A stretch of DNA of 64,000 nt from Bugula neritina (lineage: Eukaryota; Animalia; Bryozoa), in the NCBI GenBank assembly GCA_964035545.1, contig OZ037765.1:5466698-5530697 (forward strand), given 5' to 3'. This document shows positions 24,128-36,500 of the stretch, piece by piece. The notes below the pieces were generated by a model. It had not been told where the DNA came from and made no database searches. It was given only the letters and a program-made list of their open reading frames with translations. How positions within the stretch are numbered: position 1 is the first letter of the stretch; each line of letters opens with the position of its first letter. A program made the position numbers and the translations under genes.

Positions 24128-27100
24128 TCACAGCTTTGATCTTTGCAATATGTCTACCACCAGTTCCACAGCAACATGGGCCGAGCCCCAGCTGTATGCA
24201 ATACCATGCGCACAGTGGCCATAGTTATGAACAATCTACAAAACACCTGGAAGTCATGCTTATCATAGTATAAAAACTGGTCATAACATAAATTTTATAC
24301 ATACATAAATTATTTTTGTACCATTTGTTTAATTATAAACTAAATTTTCACAACAAAATGAAAAAAAGCAAGAATTGCGGAATGATGTAGAAAAATAAAT
24401 AACTTGGTAAAAGGTTTATTTTCTAAATTAATTACTTTATGGCAACCATTACAACACAAGAAAGCTGAATGTTGAAACTACTGTAAATGTGGTCACACTA
24501 TGCATGCAGTGTCAGAAACTTCAAGGAATTAGTCTATTAGTTAGAATTGGCAAAACCATAAATATTATTCTATATCAAATTCTAACAAAGGGCAGATTCA
24601 GTGAAACACCACAAATATTTTTAGAAAATATATAAAACTATATTAAAATAATATTAATAGTGAAAACCAAAGAAAATATTATTATAAAAGCTATTTTCCA
24701 CATTTTCAGATCATTTCTGGCTTAAATAATGTAACTTTATCCATAACTGAAAATAATAGTTTTTTGCACAAACAATTATGATCAAATTGTTTGTTGTTGA
24801 TAAATTCCTTATAACATCAAATATGCATACCCAGTATGTCAGCATTGTATTAATAAGTAAGAAACATTAGGAAATTAAAATTCTGCATCATACAAATGGA
24901 TTTGACTTTTCACCAGTAAATCAGCAAATTTCTAACTTTCTAACACCTACCCATTTGTTGGTACCTTTGTAGCAAACGAGTTCCTCTTCTAGTCTGATGG
25001 CAGGTCGAGATGGTCGAAAGCCCACAACTTCTTCTCTAATACGATCTTCCTACAGTATAAAGAAATTTATGCCACATGTGTAGCCCAGCTTATGAAAAAT
25101 CATGGTCATCATTTATTAATGTATAATGAAAAATACTAAAGAAAATTATATTATTTGCATTGCATAACAGTTTTAAAAAAATTGGTCAAGTTTAAATGAA
25201 ACTCACCACTACATTGAGCCATGGGAAATACTTCCTGCAGTTCTCTATTATAAGGTCATGGTCATTTTGTGAAATCTGGGAATCGGTGCAACCAATCAGC
25301 TTAGTCCCTCCAATCACTGTGTAGTCGGGTCTGAGGGTTGATATTACAACTTATTAAGCCACTTCAACAGATGCTATGACTTAGTAAACAGTATTTCTCA
25401 CAATTAAATTTATTTATATCTTGTTATAAATATAAATTAAAAAGAATTCGCGAATATGATGTAATATAATCATTAAAAACGGTTCAGTATATTTTATAAG
25501 TTAGCTGTAGCCAATAAAAACCAGGTTAAAATAAATCAATGTAGAATAACAAAATAAATATTATATTCTAAAGAATATACGTATAAGTGATTCAGCTACA
25601 CTCGCTAAAAATAAAAATATCTATAATATATATATAACTAAACAAATACATACGTCCAGATATAATATGGCATGCGCTCTGTTCCATTATCAATGTATGC
25701 AAAAGTATTTTTGCCACTAGAGTTGTCTACCCTCATCACTTGGCCTCTGCTAGGTACAATAGAAGGGTCTCCAGTCAATTGTCCAGCCGAAAGGCCTGTG
25801 CAGTTGACTATGATGTCATACTCTTCCCACATCTACATAAGATACAACATACCGTCTCATCTGAGTTAAATAATTTTTTTAAATGTTCAAGAAAATAAAA
25901 TCAAGCTCATAAAAGCATATTTCAGTAAAAGGATAAACTGGAAATTTTTTCCACTTACTTCACAAAAACTTTCTACTCGTCTCTTGATGCGTTTCCCACA
26001 GTTGGAAATGAATCTACAATTAAGTTAGAGCTACATTATAATGAAATGCATGGTACTGGTTGAGATGGAATATTGACAAATGAAAGAAAAGAATTATAGG
26101 CTTGAAAAGCAATACATTCACACCATCACGAAATGGTATTGGCTAAAAGTTTGCAGTTGTTAGAAATGGATGTTTCTGAAACAAAACTGTAATGATATAC
26201 AAATATTTCTAGGGTGACATGTTTAAGAAGGATGTTATCTTGTTGGCAAAATTTCATGCATTTGCATGGCACTTGTTACCTTGCATTCAAATAGAGTCTC
26301 ACTAACAAAGTTAATGAGACACAATTACATAATTTTTGTTCTGTTCAGTTGGTGAGAATATGTCAGTTCGAAAAGCCATCTGATTATTTAGATACTTTTG
26401 AAAATGCAAAATGTGACCAGTTTTAAACATTATTATGGTTTAAAATGTCTGCATTTTTCTCAGTGTAGACTGAACTTACGCTTTTTAAATTAAAAAATAC
26501 TATTACAAACAATTTGAAGGTTCAGGTTTCAACAAATAATCAGAGTATAAAAGTGATGTGTCTTCAACATATTAAACAATTCTTGTTAAATTGGACACTT
26601 AAATAATAAGGAGATGTTGATATAAAATTTTATAGAAAATGTTTACAGAAAATCAGTATGGAAAGGCCGATGCAGAAAGTGTTAGTCATCACAGTGAATG
26701 GTGCGCATAAAAACCAACCTCTTAGCAAGCCAGGGCATGTACTTGTTAGGTGATACAACAAGAGTTGTTAGCAAGTGTCCACTGCACCTATAAAAAACTA
26801 GTTAAAATATAACTCAAATTCAAAGTAAGACTGCTCAGAGCTCTCAAGAAATATCTAGAAAATAGAAAATTATATAGCTCACATCAACTTATTGGGTGGA
26901 ACAACCTTTCTTGAAACAAGCTTATTGATTCAAATCTACTTATGTTTCTAGACTATTAGCCGTCTGTAGTGCTCTCTGCTTATGGAAACCTATTGCATAG
27001 TAGTATGCTGTATACATTATATTTGTTAAACAACATTTGTTGGCAAAGCACTCTGTTCATTCACGTAGTGAGTGTTAATGTTCACAAGCAGCAAGGTGCA

Positions 27101-29278
27101 TGCATTACTATATGTTAATTCAGCAAGAGCTAAGAAAGGTGTAAAAGTGGTGCAGTTAGAAGAAGCCTGAGTTCCCAGATTTCAGCAAGCTTTTGACCTT
27201 AGCATTTTAAACCTGTTTTATCAAAAACCGACATGTATGTAGAAGAGTTGGCCAGCATGCTAAAAGCACTTCTACGCAGCTGTAGTGAATTGTTATATGC
27301 AAAGTTCTTGTACAAGGTAAGATAATTGAAGAAGTACATGGCTACCCCGTCAAAATAACCTAATAAACTTTCTGGAGTACTTATACAGTATACATGGCTG
27401 CTACCAATGACCTATAAGTTTCTCGGAGGTTAGCTAGGTCAAACTGTCATACATGTGCTAGCAGAGTTAGACCCAATTAGATATACAGCAATAAAGTAGC
27501 CGATTCATTAGAGCATGAATGCCAGATTAGAATTGTCAAGAGTTTTCACAGAAAAGGATAGCAGGGAGGAGGGTATTTAGCAAATTGCAAAATCTTCAAT
27601 CTAGTATATGCTGTAGCTGTGCATCACAAAGGTAAAAGCCAAAGCTGTATTAGACCACCACCACATTCTATATTGAAAAAAATTAAGAGCTACAATCATT
27701 ACTTTACCCAGAGTTTAGACATAAGATTCCTAAAGCTATAACAGAGACAAGTACATTAGAGGAACTTTACAATGAGTAGATCAATGAAGAGCAAAGAGAA
27801 ATGGGAAATTTATTGTAGGTCAACATAAACAGCATATGAAAAATTAACTGCATTCTTTTGCATCTATTTTTAAATTATTCCTTTCTTACCCATGAGGAAG
27901 ACTTGGGAATACGCTCAAAATTTCGGACTCGGAAAGTTTCCTGCATTTTTCTAAGAATGTAGCATAAAATGGTTCCTAAAATATCACAAAGGTTTATATT
28001 AACTTCACTCAATTACTCCACTTCTCATAGACTGCAAATACAAGTATAGCTTTGATAATGTTCTACTAGTAAAGTTCTAATTTGATCACAGGCTGGCCTC
28101 ATAGTAGATTTGAACTGCTTGATAATATCAACTGATACATAAGGCATTGTGAGTATTTTTAAAAGAATATGTTTTGGTTCAACAAAAATAATTCCTACTC
28201 ATTTTTATTGCTTGATAGGAGAACCAAGTTGAAAAAAATACTTCATGAATCAAATGTGCTAAGTCGCAGTTATTTACTTTAAAAACTTGACAACTTGAAC
28301 ATTGACGGCCACTTAACAAACACACATGCTTTACACTCAAATGAGAGACAGACTCAAAAAATCACATTAATATAAATACTTACCTCACCAACTAAAGGAT
28401 ATCTGATATGGTACCCTGTCAACTTGTGAACACCCGCCTCCTCAGCATCTTCCGAGTGAAGTATTGACGTGTATTGATTATATGAAAGCAGAACGATATC
28501 TCTATAACGTACATAGGCTAGCAGGTAAGTAGTGAAACTTTATTTACAACTTTCATTGTTAAAATTGTAGGCTCAAAATTTTATGCTAAAACTTTATGAG
28601 CAGTAGTGATTAGATGCCCGAAAATTGTAGAGATATAGTTTTTAAAAATCAAGATAGCCACTAAACTAAAGAGGAGCTCTAGCTCAGATCGAAGGGTGGT
28701 GATGAGCATTGTTACTAAAAAACAAGTTCTACAAACAAAAGTTTTTTACAAAGTGCAAAGGCTACATTATTCTACATGTTCATTATATAGTGGAAGTCAA
28801 GAGCTTGTTATTTTAATTAAATTTAGAACCTTGTAAATCGGTGGTACAAATGTGTTAAAAAACAAGAGGTGAACATTTTTAAAAATTAAAAAAAATTATT
28901 AAGAACTAAATTTTATTAATACTTTCATCATTTAATTTTAAATTATGTAAAGTTTTGATCAATATAAAATCATATTTTTCTTTTAAGTTTTTCAAATTTG
29001 TTCAAGGTATAAACAGTAAGCTAGCTTTAAACTAGCAATAGGTCCACTATTATTAAATATTCTCACTTTCCTACAGCTGACCGTCTACCAGTATAACCAG
29101 ACACAGGTGCAACGTCTTGAGGTCGAAAACAACCGGCAGCAATAGCAGAGGTCGTCTCCTTGCCAAATTTGTCAGCAACAACTGTGATTAAACATCGATG
29201 GCCAAGTACTTCTTGCAAACGAACTGCGCAGCTCAATCCAATGATTCCGGCTCCCAGCACACATACTCTTGGTGACAT
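24128..29278 (-). CDS. D-amino-acid oxidase / D-aspartate oxidase family flavoenzyme, peroxisomal (9 coding exons, 349 aa)
   Basis: Exons 29067-29278, 28384-28501, 27890-27975, 26719-26787, 25959-26013, 25654-25832, 25207-25330, 24951-25049, 24128-24235 sum to 1050 nt in an open frame. Motifs: RVCVLGAGIIGLSCA (Rossmann), TTSAIAAG, YMPWL, IIVNCTGL, PSRGQV, IGGT, VGFRPSR, IVHNYGH..G...SWG, and C-terminal SKL (PTS1). DAO versus DDO orthology is not resolved. Confidence 0.93.
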
Positions 29279-30289
29279 TATGACAGTCACAGCTAAACTG
29301 TGACTTATCTCTATTGGTGTAACTTATAGCTAAAAGTAGGCAGGTTAGCTAAATATGATATCTTTCTAAATATAATTTAATATGTTTACAAAAACAAAAT
29401 GCATATATTTACACTGCACAAATATAGTGCTGCATAAAACAGTACTGGTTATATTTATACAAAAAATTGCATCAATGATTTATGACAGAAATGACAATTC
29501 TAAGATTACATAGTTATGTACATAATATTATAATTGGTTATTCGCAGAAAAACAACATTTTGATAATATACTAATACTGATTTAAAGTTAAAAAAGTAGA
29601 TTGAAGTTAATTATTAGCTTACCTTTAGAATAAAAGTTATAATAGCTATTGTTGGTCATCAGACTTCACTTTAGGATTTTGAGTAAAGGTGGAAGTTAGT
29701 TTGAATATCTTTGGGCTTTTCTTATTTTTATTTTAATAAAAGTTGATACTAGATGTAGATAAACAATCACCGTAAAACAAATATAGAGTTGAACTTAATC
29801 GCATTCCTCATGGATTCTTCTGGCACTTTAGCTGTATTACTAAATTAAAATTCATCAATAGTTTTATTGAGTAGCAATTTTCCATCAAGAATTTGATTGG
29901 TTATTACTGTAAATTACAATTATATTAAAAATCATAATCCAATTTAAATTACCTTCTTAACAGATAGACACTCAGTCCTACGCTGACTTCACTTTCATAA
30001 TGAGTCAGACACTCATAATCATAATGAGTCTGAAACTACGTCTACAGCCGATCCCTAGGCCTATGATTATGAGTAAATGACTATCACTTTGAGTACGAGT
30101 AAGCTCAAGGTTAAGTTATACTTATAGCAACAGTTTATCTTTTGGAGATCAGCCAGCTGACCTAAAACAACTTATTGAGGCATGTGCAACCCCAAATCCT
30201 TGCCAGAATGCTCGAAGATAAATTATTCTTGCATCATACTCATAGTCTCAGTCTGTGAGTGTGACAGCAACCACGCTGAGCACAATTAC

Positions 30290-30510
30290 CCAATGAAGTG
30301 AAGCTACGGTGGCATTTAACTTTAAGAGCGTTATCACGTGACTTTTGTGATTGTGCTACTGTCAAATCGGAATTATTAGTGCTACAAGCTTGTCACAGCG
30401 TTTCGAATTAAAGTATTTATTTTCACATAACAGCAAAAGATAGCGTCAGCGTGTTATAATAATTAAATTAATAAGCAAATTGTCAGTTCACTGGCACTTG
30501 TAAGTATTTC
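30290..30510. promoter_or_regulatory. Putative bidirectional promoter between the oxidase and EXOG
   Basis: The genes are head-to-head. CpG-containing patch with E-box TCACGTGAC (core CACGTG at 30335-30340). Plus-strand donor CTT|GTAAGT at about 30500; minus-strand donors at about 29951 and 29622. Confidence 0.45.
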
Positions 30511-30614
30511 TTATATAAAAATACAAATAATCGTACTTAATAAATATGGAGTATTTATAATAAATATTTAAGCAATCACAGCATTGTTTACAATTGCTGT
30601 AAGTGTAGGTACAT

Positions 30615-31430
30615 CAGTATGAGTATCAGTATCAGTATGAGTATGACACTCCTACTCCTAGTAGTAGTTCTACTTCTACTTCCACTTTGACTTCTAGTTC
30701 TAGAGTTCTACTTCTACTTCTAGTCTTATCAGGTATCACTCATCAGATTCAGCCTCAGTCAATCAGTCAATGTCATACTGAAACTCATACTGATAGTGAT
30801 ACTCTTTGAAAAACTAATACTTATAGTGATAGCCGTTGTTATACTCATAGTCAATGTCATACTGATGCTGATAGTGATACTGATAGTAGTGATAGTGATA
30901 GTCATCATGATCAGGCCATCAGTATGACTATCACTATGATTTAGTATGAGTATCACTAATGAGTAACTTAAACTGTAAGTGAGTATTACTATTACTACTA
31001 GTACTAGTATTAGTATCAGTATGAATATCAATATCAATATTGCTATCGTCTATCAGTATGACTATGAGTATGAATATCACTACAACTAAGTCTAATACTA
31101 ATAGTAATAGACATAGTAACTCACATAGTTATTATTAGTATAGTCTATAAGTATAACTATAAGTATGAGTATGACTCAAAGTCAAAGATGCTCATTCTCA
31201 ATGATTCACAACCTCAATCTGAATCACAATAACAATCGCAATGTGTACCGCAATAAAATTTACATCGATCGAGTATGATTGTGACCGACACTTACTTTCA
31301 CTATCAGACTCAGTATCACTACGACTTAGGTTAAGATTGACTCTGACTATCGTCATCAGTAACACTAACAGTCACTGTTAGTATTACTCATACTGTATAG
31401 ACTAACTCCAAGACAGTCTAAGTCACAGTT
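30615..31430. repeat. Degenerate 3/6-bp periodic tract (AGTATG/AGTATC/ATACTG)
   Basis: Examples: cagtatgagtatcagtatcagtatgagtatgac, gatagtgatactgatagtagtgatagtgata, tagtactagtattagtatcagt. Confidence 0.7.
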
Positions 31431-32515
31431 ACATTTACTGATTTAGTAAGTGGTATTTTATTTCATTTACAATATCGTACTTAGTTTGAAGTTAAAAACT
31501 ATTTTACTTGTTTAGATAATTTATAATAAAAGAAACTAAAAGAAACTATTAAGTTAATCAGTCGTTTTATTGTTATTGATATTCATACAATGATCGTTTT
31601 AATAAATACTATTACTAGAAACATTAATTACTATTCGTGTTATGTTATTCTTTTTTTATTTATCATTGAATCATTACATAACCTTTTTATGATTCACTCA
31701 ATAATTAAAGCTGTTCTTTACATACAAGTTAAATTAATTGTCTTAAAACTGCTTTCCTAAAATTTTAATATTGTTTGAATGAATTTGGTGTCAAATTTTC
31801 AGTCGCATTGCATGTCAAGTTATGTTGCCAAGTTAGTTCGTTAAATTAGTCAATTAGATATGTCAAAGAAACGTGTATAAACAGACTAGTTTTGTTGAAA
31901 TTTCTATGTCCAATTTCAACTGAAACATTTACAGTCTACTTGCTCTACAACCTAAAGTTCAAATGACAAACTATAATGGGCACTAAAAGCATTTATTGAT
32001 TTTCTTAGTAGTGGTTAAAGGCTTGCATTCGGAATTTTCCTGCTTTCACAACCGCAATGAGACAGTTCACTGTCTAGCTAGTAAAATTACTAATGTTACT
32101 GTGCTAATGGCAATCATTATCTTATATATGTCACTTATGTGTGCACACACACACACTACAGGACACACACAGCAGTGTACCCTGAACTTAACATACTTTT
32201 TCAGCTGTCATTTTATAGATCAAAAGTTTTCAAAAAACACCTAACTATTACAAATGAATTAGTATATTAATAACTATTAGCTTTAATTCTACTTAGTTCT
32301 TGTACTTGCTAGATGAAGTTTTATTCAGTAAAAATTTGGAGTATTTTCTTATTTTAATAAAAGATAATGTATATTTATGGCACAATTGAAACTAGGAAAA
32401 CTTTGTAATGGCTTTAGAGTAAAATCTGAACATTTTTCTAAAAAAATAGATAAACCTGATGCAATTTTCTTTGTCATACTAGCCTATAGCATGTATATGG
32501 TTTAAATTAATTTTT

Positions 32516-32588
32516 ACCAGCTAGATCAAAATTAGTGACAAGTACTTCAACAGTTAAAATACTTGTCACTAATTTTGACCTAGTTGGT
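32516..32588. repeat. Inverted repeat, 29-bp arms (27/29 matches), 15-nt spacer
   Basis: accagctagatcaaaattagtgacaagta (32516-32544) versus tacttgtcactaattttgacctagttggt (32560-32588). Confidence 0.85.
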
Positions 32589-32734
32589 TAAAGTTTAATT
32601 TGATATTGAAACTCAGCTAACGTGTAAGTTATCCATGCCACATAATAGCAAAAGTATTAAATCTCTGTATAGAGTTGATTGTATTATCAGTTTAAAGGAA
32701 AGCTTGTACAGACATATCTGTCTGTAATGATAAC

Positions 32735-32773
32735 AGTGAAATGAAAATGAATAATATTCATTTTCATTTCACT
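32735..32773. repeat. Perfect palindrome, 19-bp arms, 1-nt centre
   Basis: agtgaaatgaaaatgaata-a-tattcattttcatttcact. Confidence 0.9.
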
Positions 32774-33501
32774 TTTTTGTCAAAGAAGATTCATTGCGTC
32801 GAATTATTATTCAAACAAAAGAAAACTGAAAAGAGCAGACAACTGCCATAAGCATCTAAAATCATTAAATAACTGATATGTTGTATTAGTCTGTATAGAT
32901 GATGCTCCTTTAAAGAGAAACACTGCATTTACGGATTGATAGATTAAGAGAACATAACTACTGATCATCAGTAGTCAGTTGATTTTAAAGTTTGATGCTG
33001 TAATAATCGATGAAAGTAAAAGTAAACATGCGGACCACAGTCTGCATATTGAAAATAAAATGAAAGTAAATAGACTTCTAATTGTTTTTTTATATGCTTT
33101 ATTTTCATAAAGGTTTTCGTTGACTATATTCTAATCCATATTCTAAGTGGGGTTACTCTATTCTTTGAAAAAATATAGCATAGGCGTTTGTAATAAAATC
33201 TTTTCTTATTAAAAAGTTTAATTTAATATTATAAACCAGTTGGTATATGACTCATTCTTTATATTCACAGCTGGTTTTATTACATAAGTTGGATAATATA
33301 TGGCAATTTGATTCGAATAACTTTCATGCTAAAATTTCTATTTATTTTTTAATAAGTCCTTGTCTATTTTAAATGAAAATTACTACTCATTTGTACTCTG
33401 AAAATTTGTTGTGACAGGGTTAGTAAAAACACTCAACTTGTTGCTCATAGCAGTGATATATTATTATGATTTTTAGGTTGCGGCGAAGTAAAAACGAACT
33501 T

Positions 33502-36500
33502 ATGGCTACTTCAAACTTTGGAATCTTGGCTAAGGGGTTTATAAGTGGTGCAGTTTTTACAGTTTCAATATCTTACCCATTATATTTGCAGCAAAAACAA
33601 GGGACAGCACCTGTGAAAACTGATGGTACAGTATACAAATTTTTTTTGTTTTATACAATTTTTAAGTCATAGTTACTTGCATTTTGCCTATTAAAATTTG
33701 AAGCTTTGTATTGCTAGCAATATTCTTTTTAAAAATTATTCAGGTGTTGAAATTTCGTTTTAAATCTTGGATAATGTAGCTGTTTTGTCTATTAGAAAAG
33801 CGTGGAACTTACTGATTTCATTTACTTGATGTTTTGTAGACCTTGAAAATGCAAGGTGAGGAAACAAAATTGTCTAAAATTAGTATCAACTAGGTGTTAT
33901 TTATTCTTACATAAAGCATTTATAACACCCTTTTCTCTCCTAAATGTTAGTTTTATTTATTCGTCTGTTTAGTCTAGGCATCAGACCTTTGCTGAGGTTT
34001 TGTATTTGAATTGGGAGTTGTCATCTCATATGTTACAGAATTTCACTATCACTAAATGTTATTCATAATTACTTCTATACTCTGTAATGACCAGCACTGA
34101 TTAACTTGGGTTTCTTGTTTGTGTAAATTGTTGTGAGAACACAAGTTATGAGTTATTTTAGGTGGACAAGCAGCAAGGCTGGATAATGTTTGAAATAGCC
34201 TCAATGTAATTGTAGCCGGACGCCCTTCCTGGTATTGCTAACAACTTTCCTGTGGTTTGATGCACCTGCCTAGGATAACATGTTATACCTACGCCTCTCT
34301 CCGCTACACATCTTAGACTTCATATTTTCTTAACCTCTTTTTAGATGCTCAGTCACCACTGTTTCCTTTTGGTAAACCCACTGATCTTCGGCAAGTAATG
34401 GATTACACTGGGCACACCCTTTGTTATGATGTTGCTAGGAAGCAGCCTTTGTGGGTCTCAGAAATTCTCACTAAGGAGTCACTCAAAGGTGCCATTATTT
34501 GTGACATTCCATATTTCTTTACAGTGTGGTATACCGGTACACCGCATCCAGTTGTCTGGTGAATTAAATAAATGTTTAATTACTGAAGTAAAGTGTGTTT
34601 AGCCTGCATTACGTTTGCTCTCAGATACAAGGCATGCTTACTAGTCTCAACAAACTTCACTTTGGGCAAATTATTTTTAAGCTACGTGATAACTGAATAG
34701 TTTAGCATTTTTCAATGTCATACAACAAAATTGTAAATCGGACTGGTTGGTGAATAAGCTAGCAAAAAATTTGTAAGTTAGGGATGGTGTAATTAGCTCT
34801 CACTTGCGAAAGTCAGGCAGGCTTATCACATACAGAGTGGAATTTCAGGCTGCATTACCTGGCAATTTCAAGCAATATACAATTTCTCGTGCGTGGGAGT
34901 GATTTTGTAGCTAGTGAATTTCAAAAGTTGTTCATTATTGGCTCACTGAGAATTACCAGTGAACTTTTCCGGCATTTTTTTATGTCTTCATTCATAATAC
35001 TTAAAATACTTTAATGTTGCAATGTTTCATATGCCGTGTAACATGGGTGATAGATTCAAGCAGACAGACATTGCCATACACTAGTCAAGTTCAAGATTCT
35101 CAAACATTATCTTCTGCTTATAGTTATGGCTTCAGCAAAGTATGTAGGCAGTCATTAATAACCTTCTTTAATAACCTTCTTTAAATCAACAGGGCTTTTG
35201 ATTAACATAATCATTTACTTTTTTTATAATCTCTTTACAGTCCTATAAATTTAGGTCACTGTTTCACTTTCTTATAATCTTGCTGATATGAATTATGCAG
35301 AACTTACTATAATAGACATCACCAGACATATCCAATACCTATGATGGATTGTGATTTGCTGTTATCTATTCAGTTGCTAGGTTACGAGTGTTTCCTGGGT
35401 ATGATTTCCAATGATTGAATACTGACAAGCTTTATATTATTATACCACCCTGTCTGAAACTGAGCCGCTTATCCTGTGTACAACTTAATGCAGCTGTTAG
35501 ATGACCTAATAAAAAACTATAGATTGTACATCAATGGCAATATCTTTCACTTTCTTAGGCTGTTGACGATGAATGCTTGCTGGTACAAGGAAGCCTGTAA
35601 TGGTACACTAGTAGTTGAAGTTATTAGTTCCTGTGATTGAGGTAGAAGATTGATTGGACAATTATAGGTGCTCCCGACTTCCTGTTTAATAAAGCCACCG
35701 CCTTTCTCCATTCTGTCTTTAGTTTAGCCATTTTTCAGGCAGAGCAAACAGGAAACAGAGCAAGTTTCGAGTCGACGACCAGCTCCCAGAGGGCACGTCA
35801 GCTACTAATGGCGATTATCTCAAGAGTGGCTGGTCGAGGGGTCACATGGCTGCTGCCGGCAACTTCAAGTCTAATCAAGTATGACTCATTTCTTCTATCC
35901 CCCTCCTCCCCCCTTCCCCCCCCTCCCCTCCAACAGCGACTACTCAAACCTCTAACTGCCTGCCAACCTGCATGGTGTTAATAAAATGGGAGAGACTGAA
36001 ATTTCCATATTTTTTTGGGCAATCGGTATGGCAAGGGTTCGACTTTGCAACCAGTCAACATTTTTACATGAACTATTATTTTCAATTAATTCAGGTATAT
36101 TTATAAGTGGAAAAGAATCGATTAAAATTTGTATTACAAATGTGTATAACTAATATGTAGGGATATACAACTATCCAAATGTCTAGTTATATGTACCAAT
36201 AAAGGGATGTATGGCTTTTTTGCCACGTAGCCAAATGAATTCGGAAGTTTTACTGTAACTGGAAACATTGTATTAACGCACATTGCACTATAAACTGCAT
36301 TTAAGGTATCTTAGTCATAAAGTATTTTAATTCTCCTTGCACAACTCTATGGAGTTAGTCATTTTGATTATTATTTCCCCCTCAGTCTTTGAATCATAAT
36401 CACCTGCTAGTAATGAAATAAGTTTTGCCTCTACTAACTAATTAAAAGTTTATTAATAGTCATAATTCCGTACTAAAAACTGGGTGTTGTAATTATTAAG

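Noticed and set aside
30759-31037. Hydrophobic ILILIL/ITITIS ORF resembling a membrane peptide
   Set aside because: Product of the hexamer-periodic low-complexity tract.
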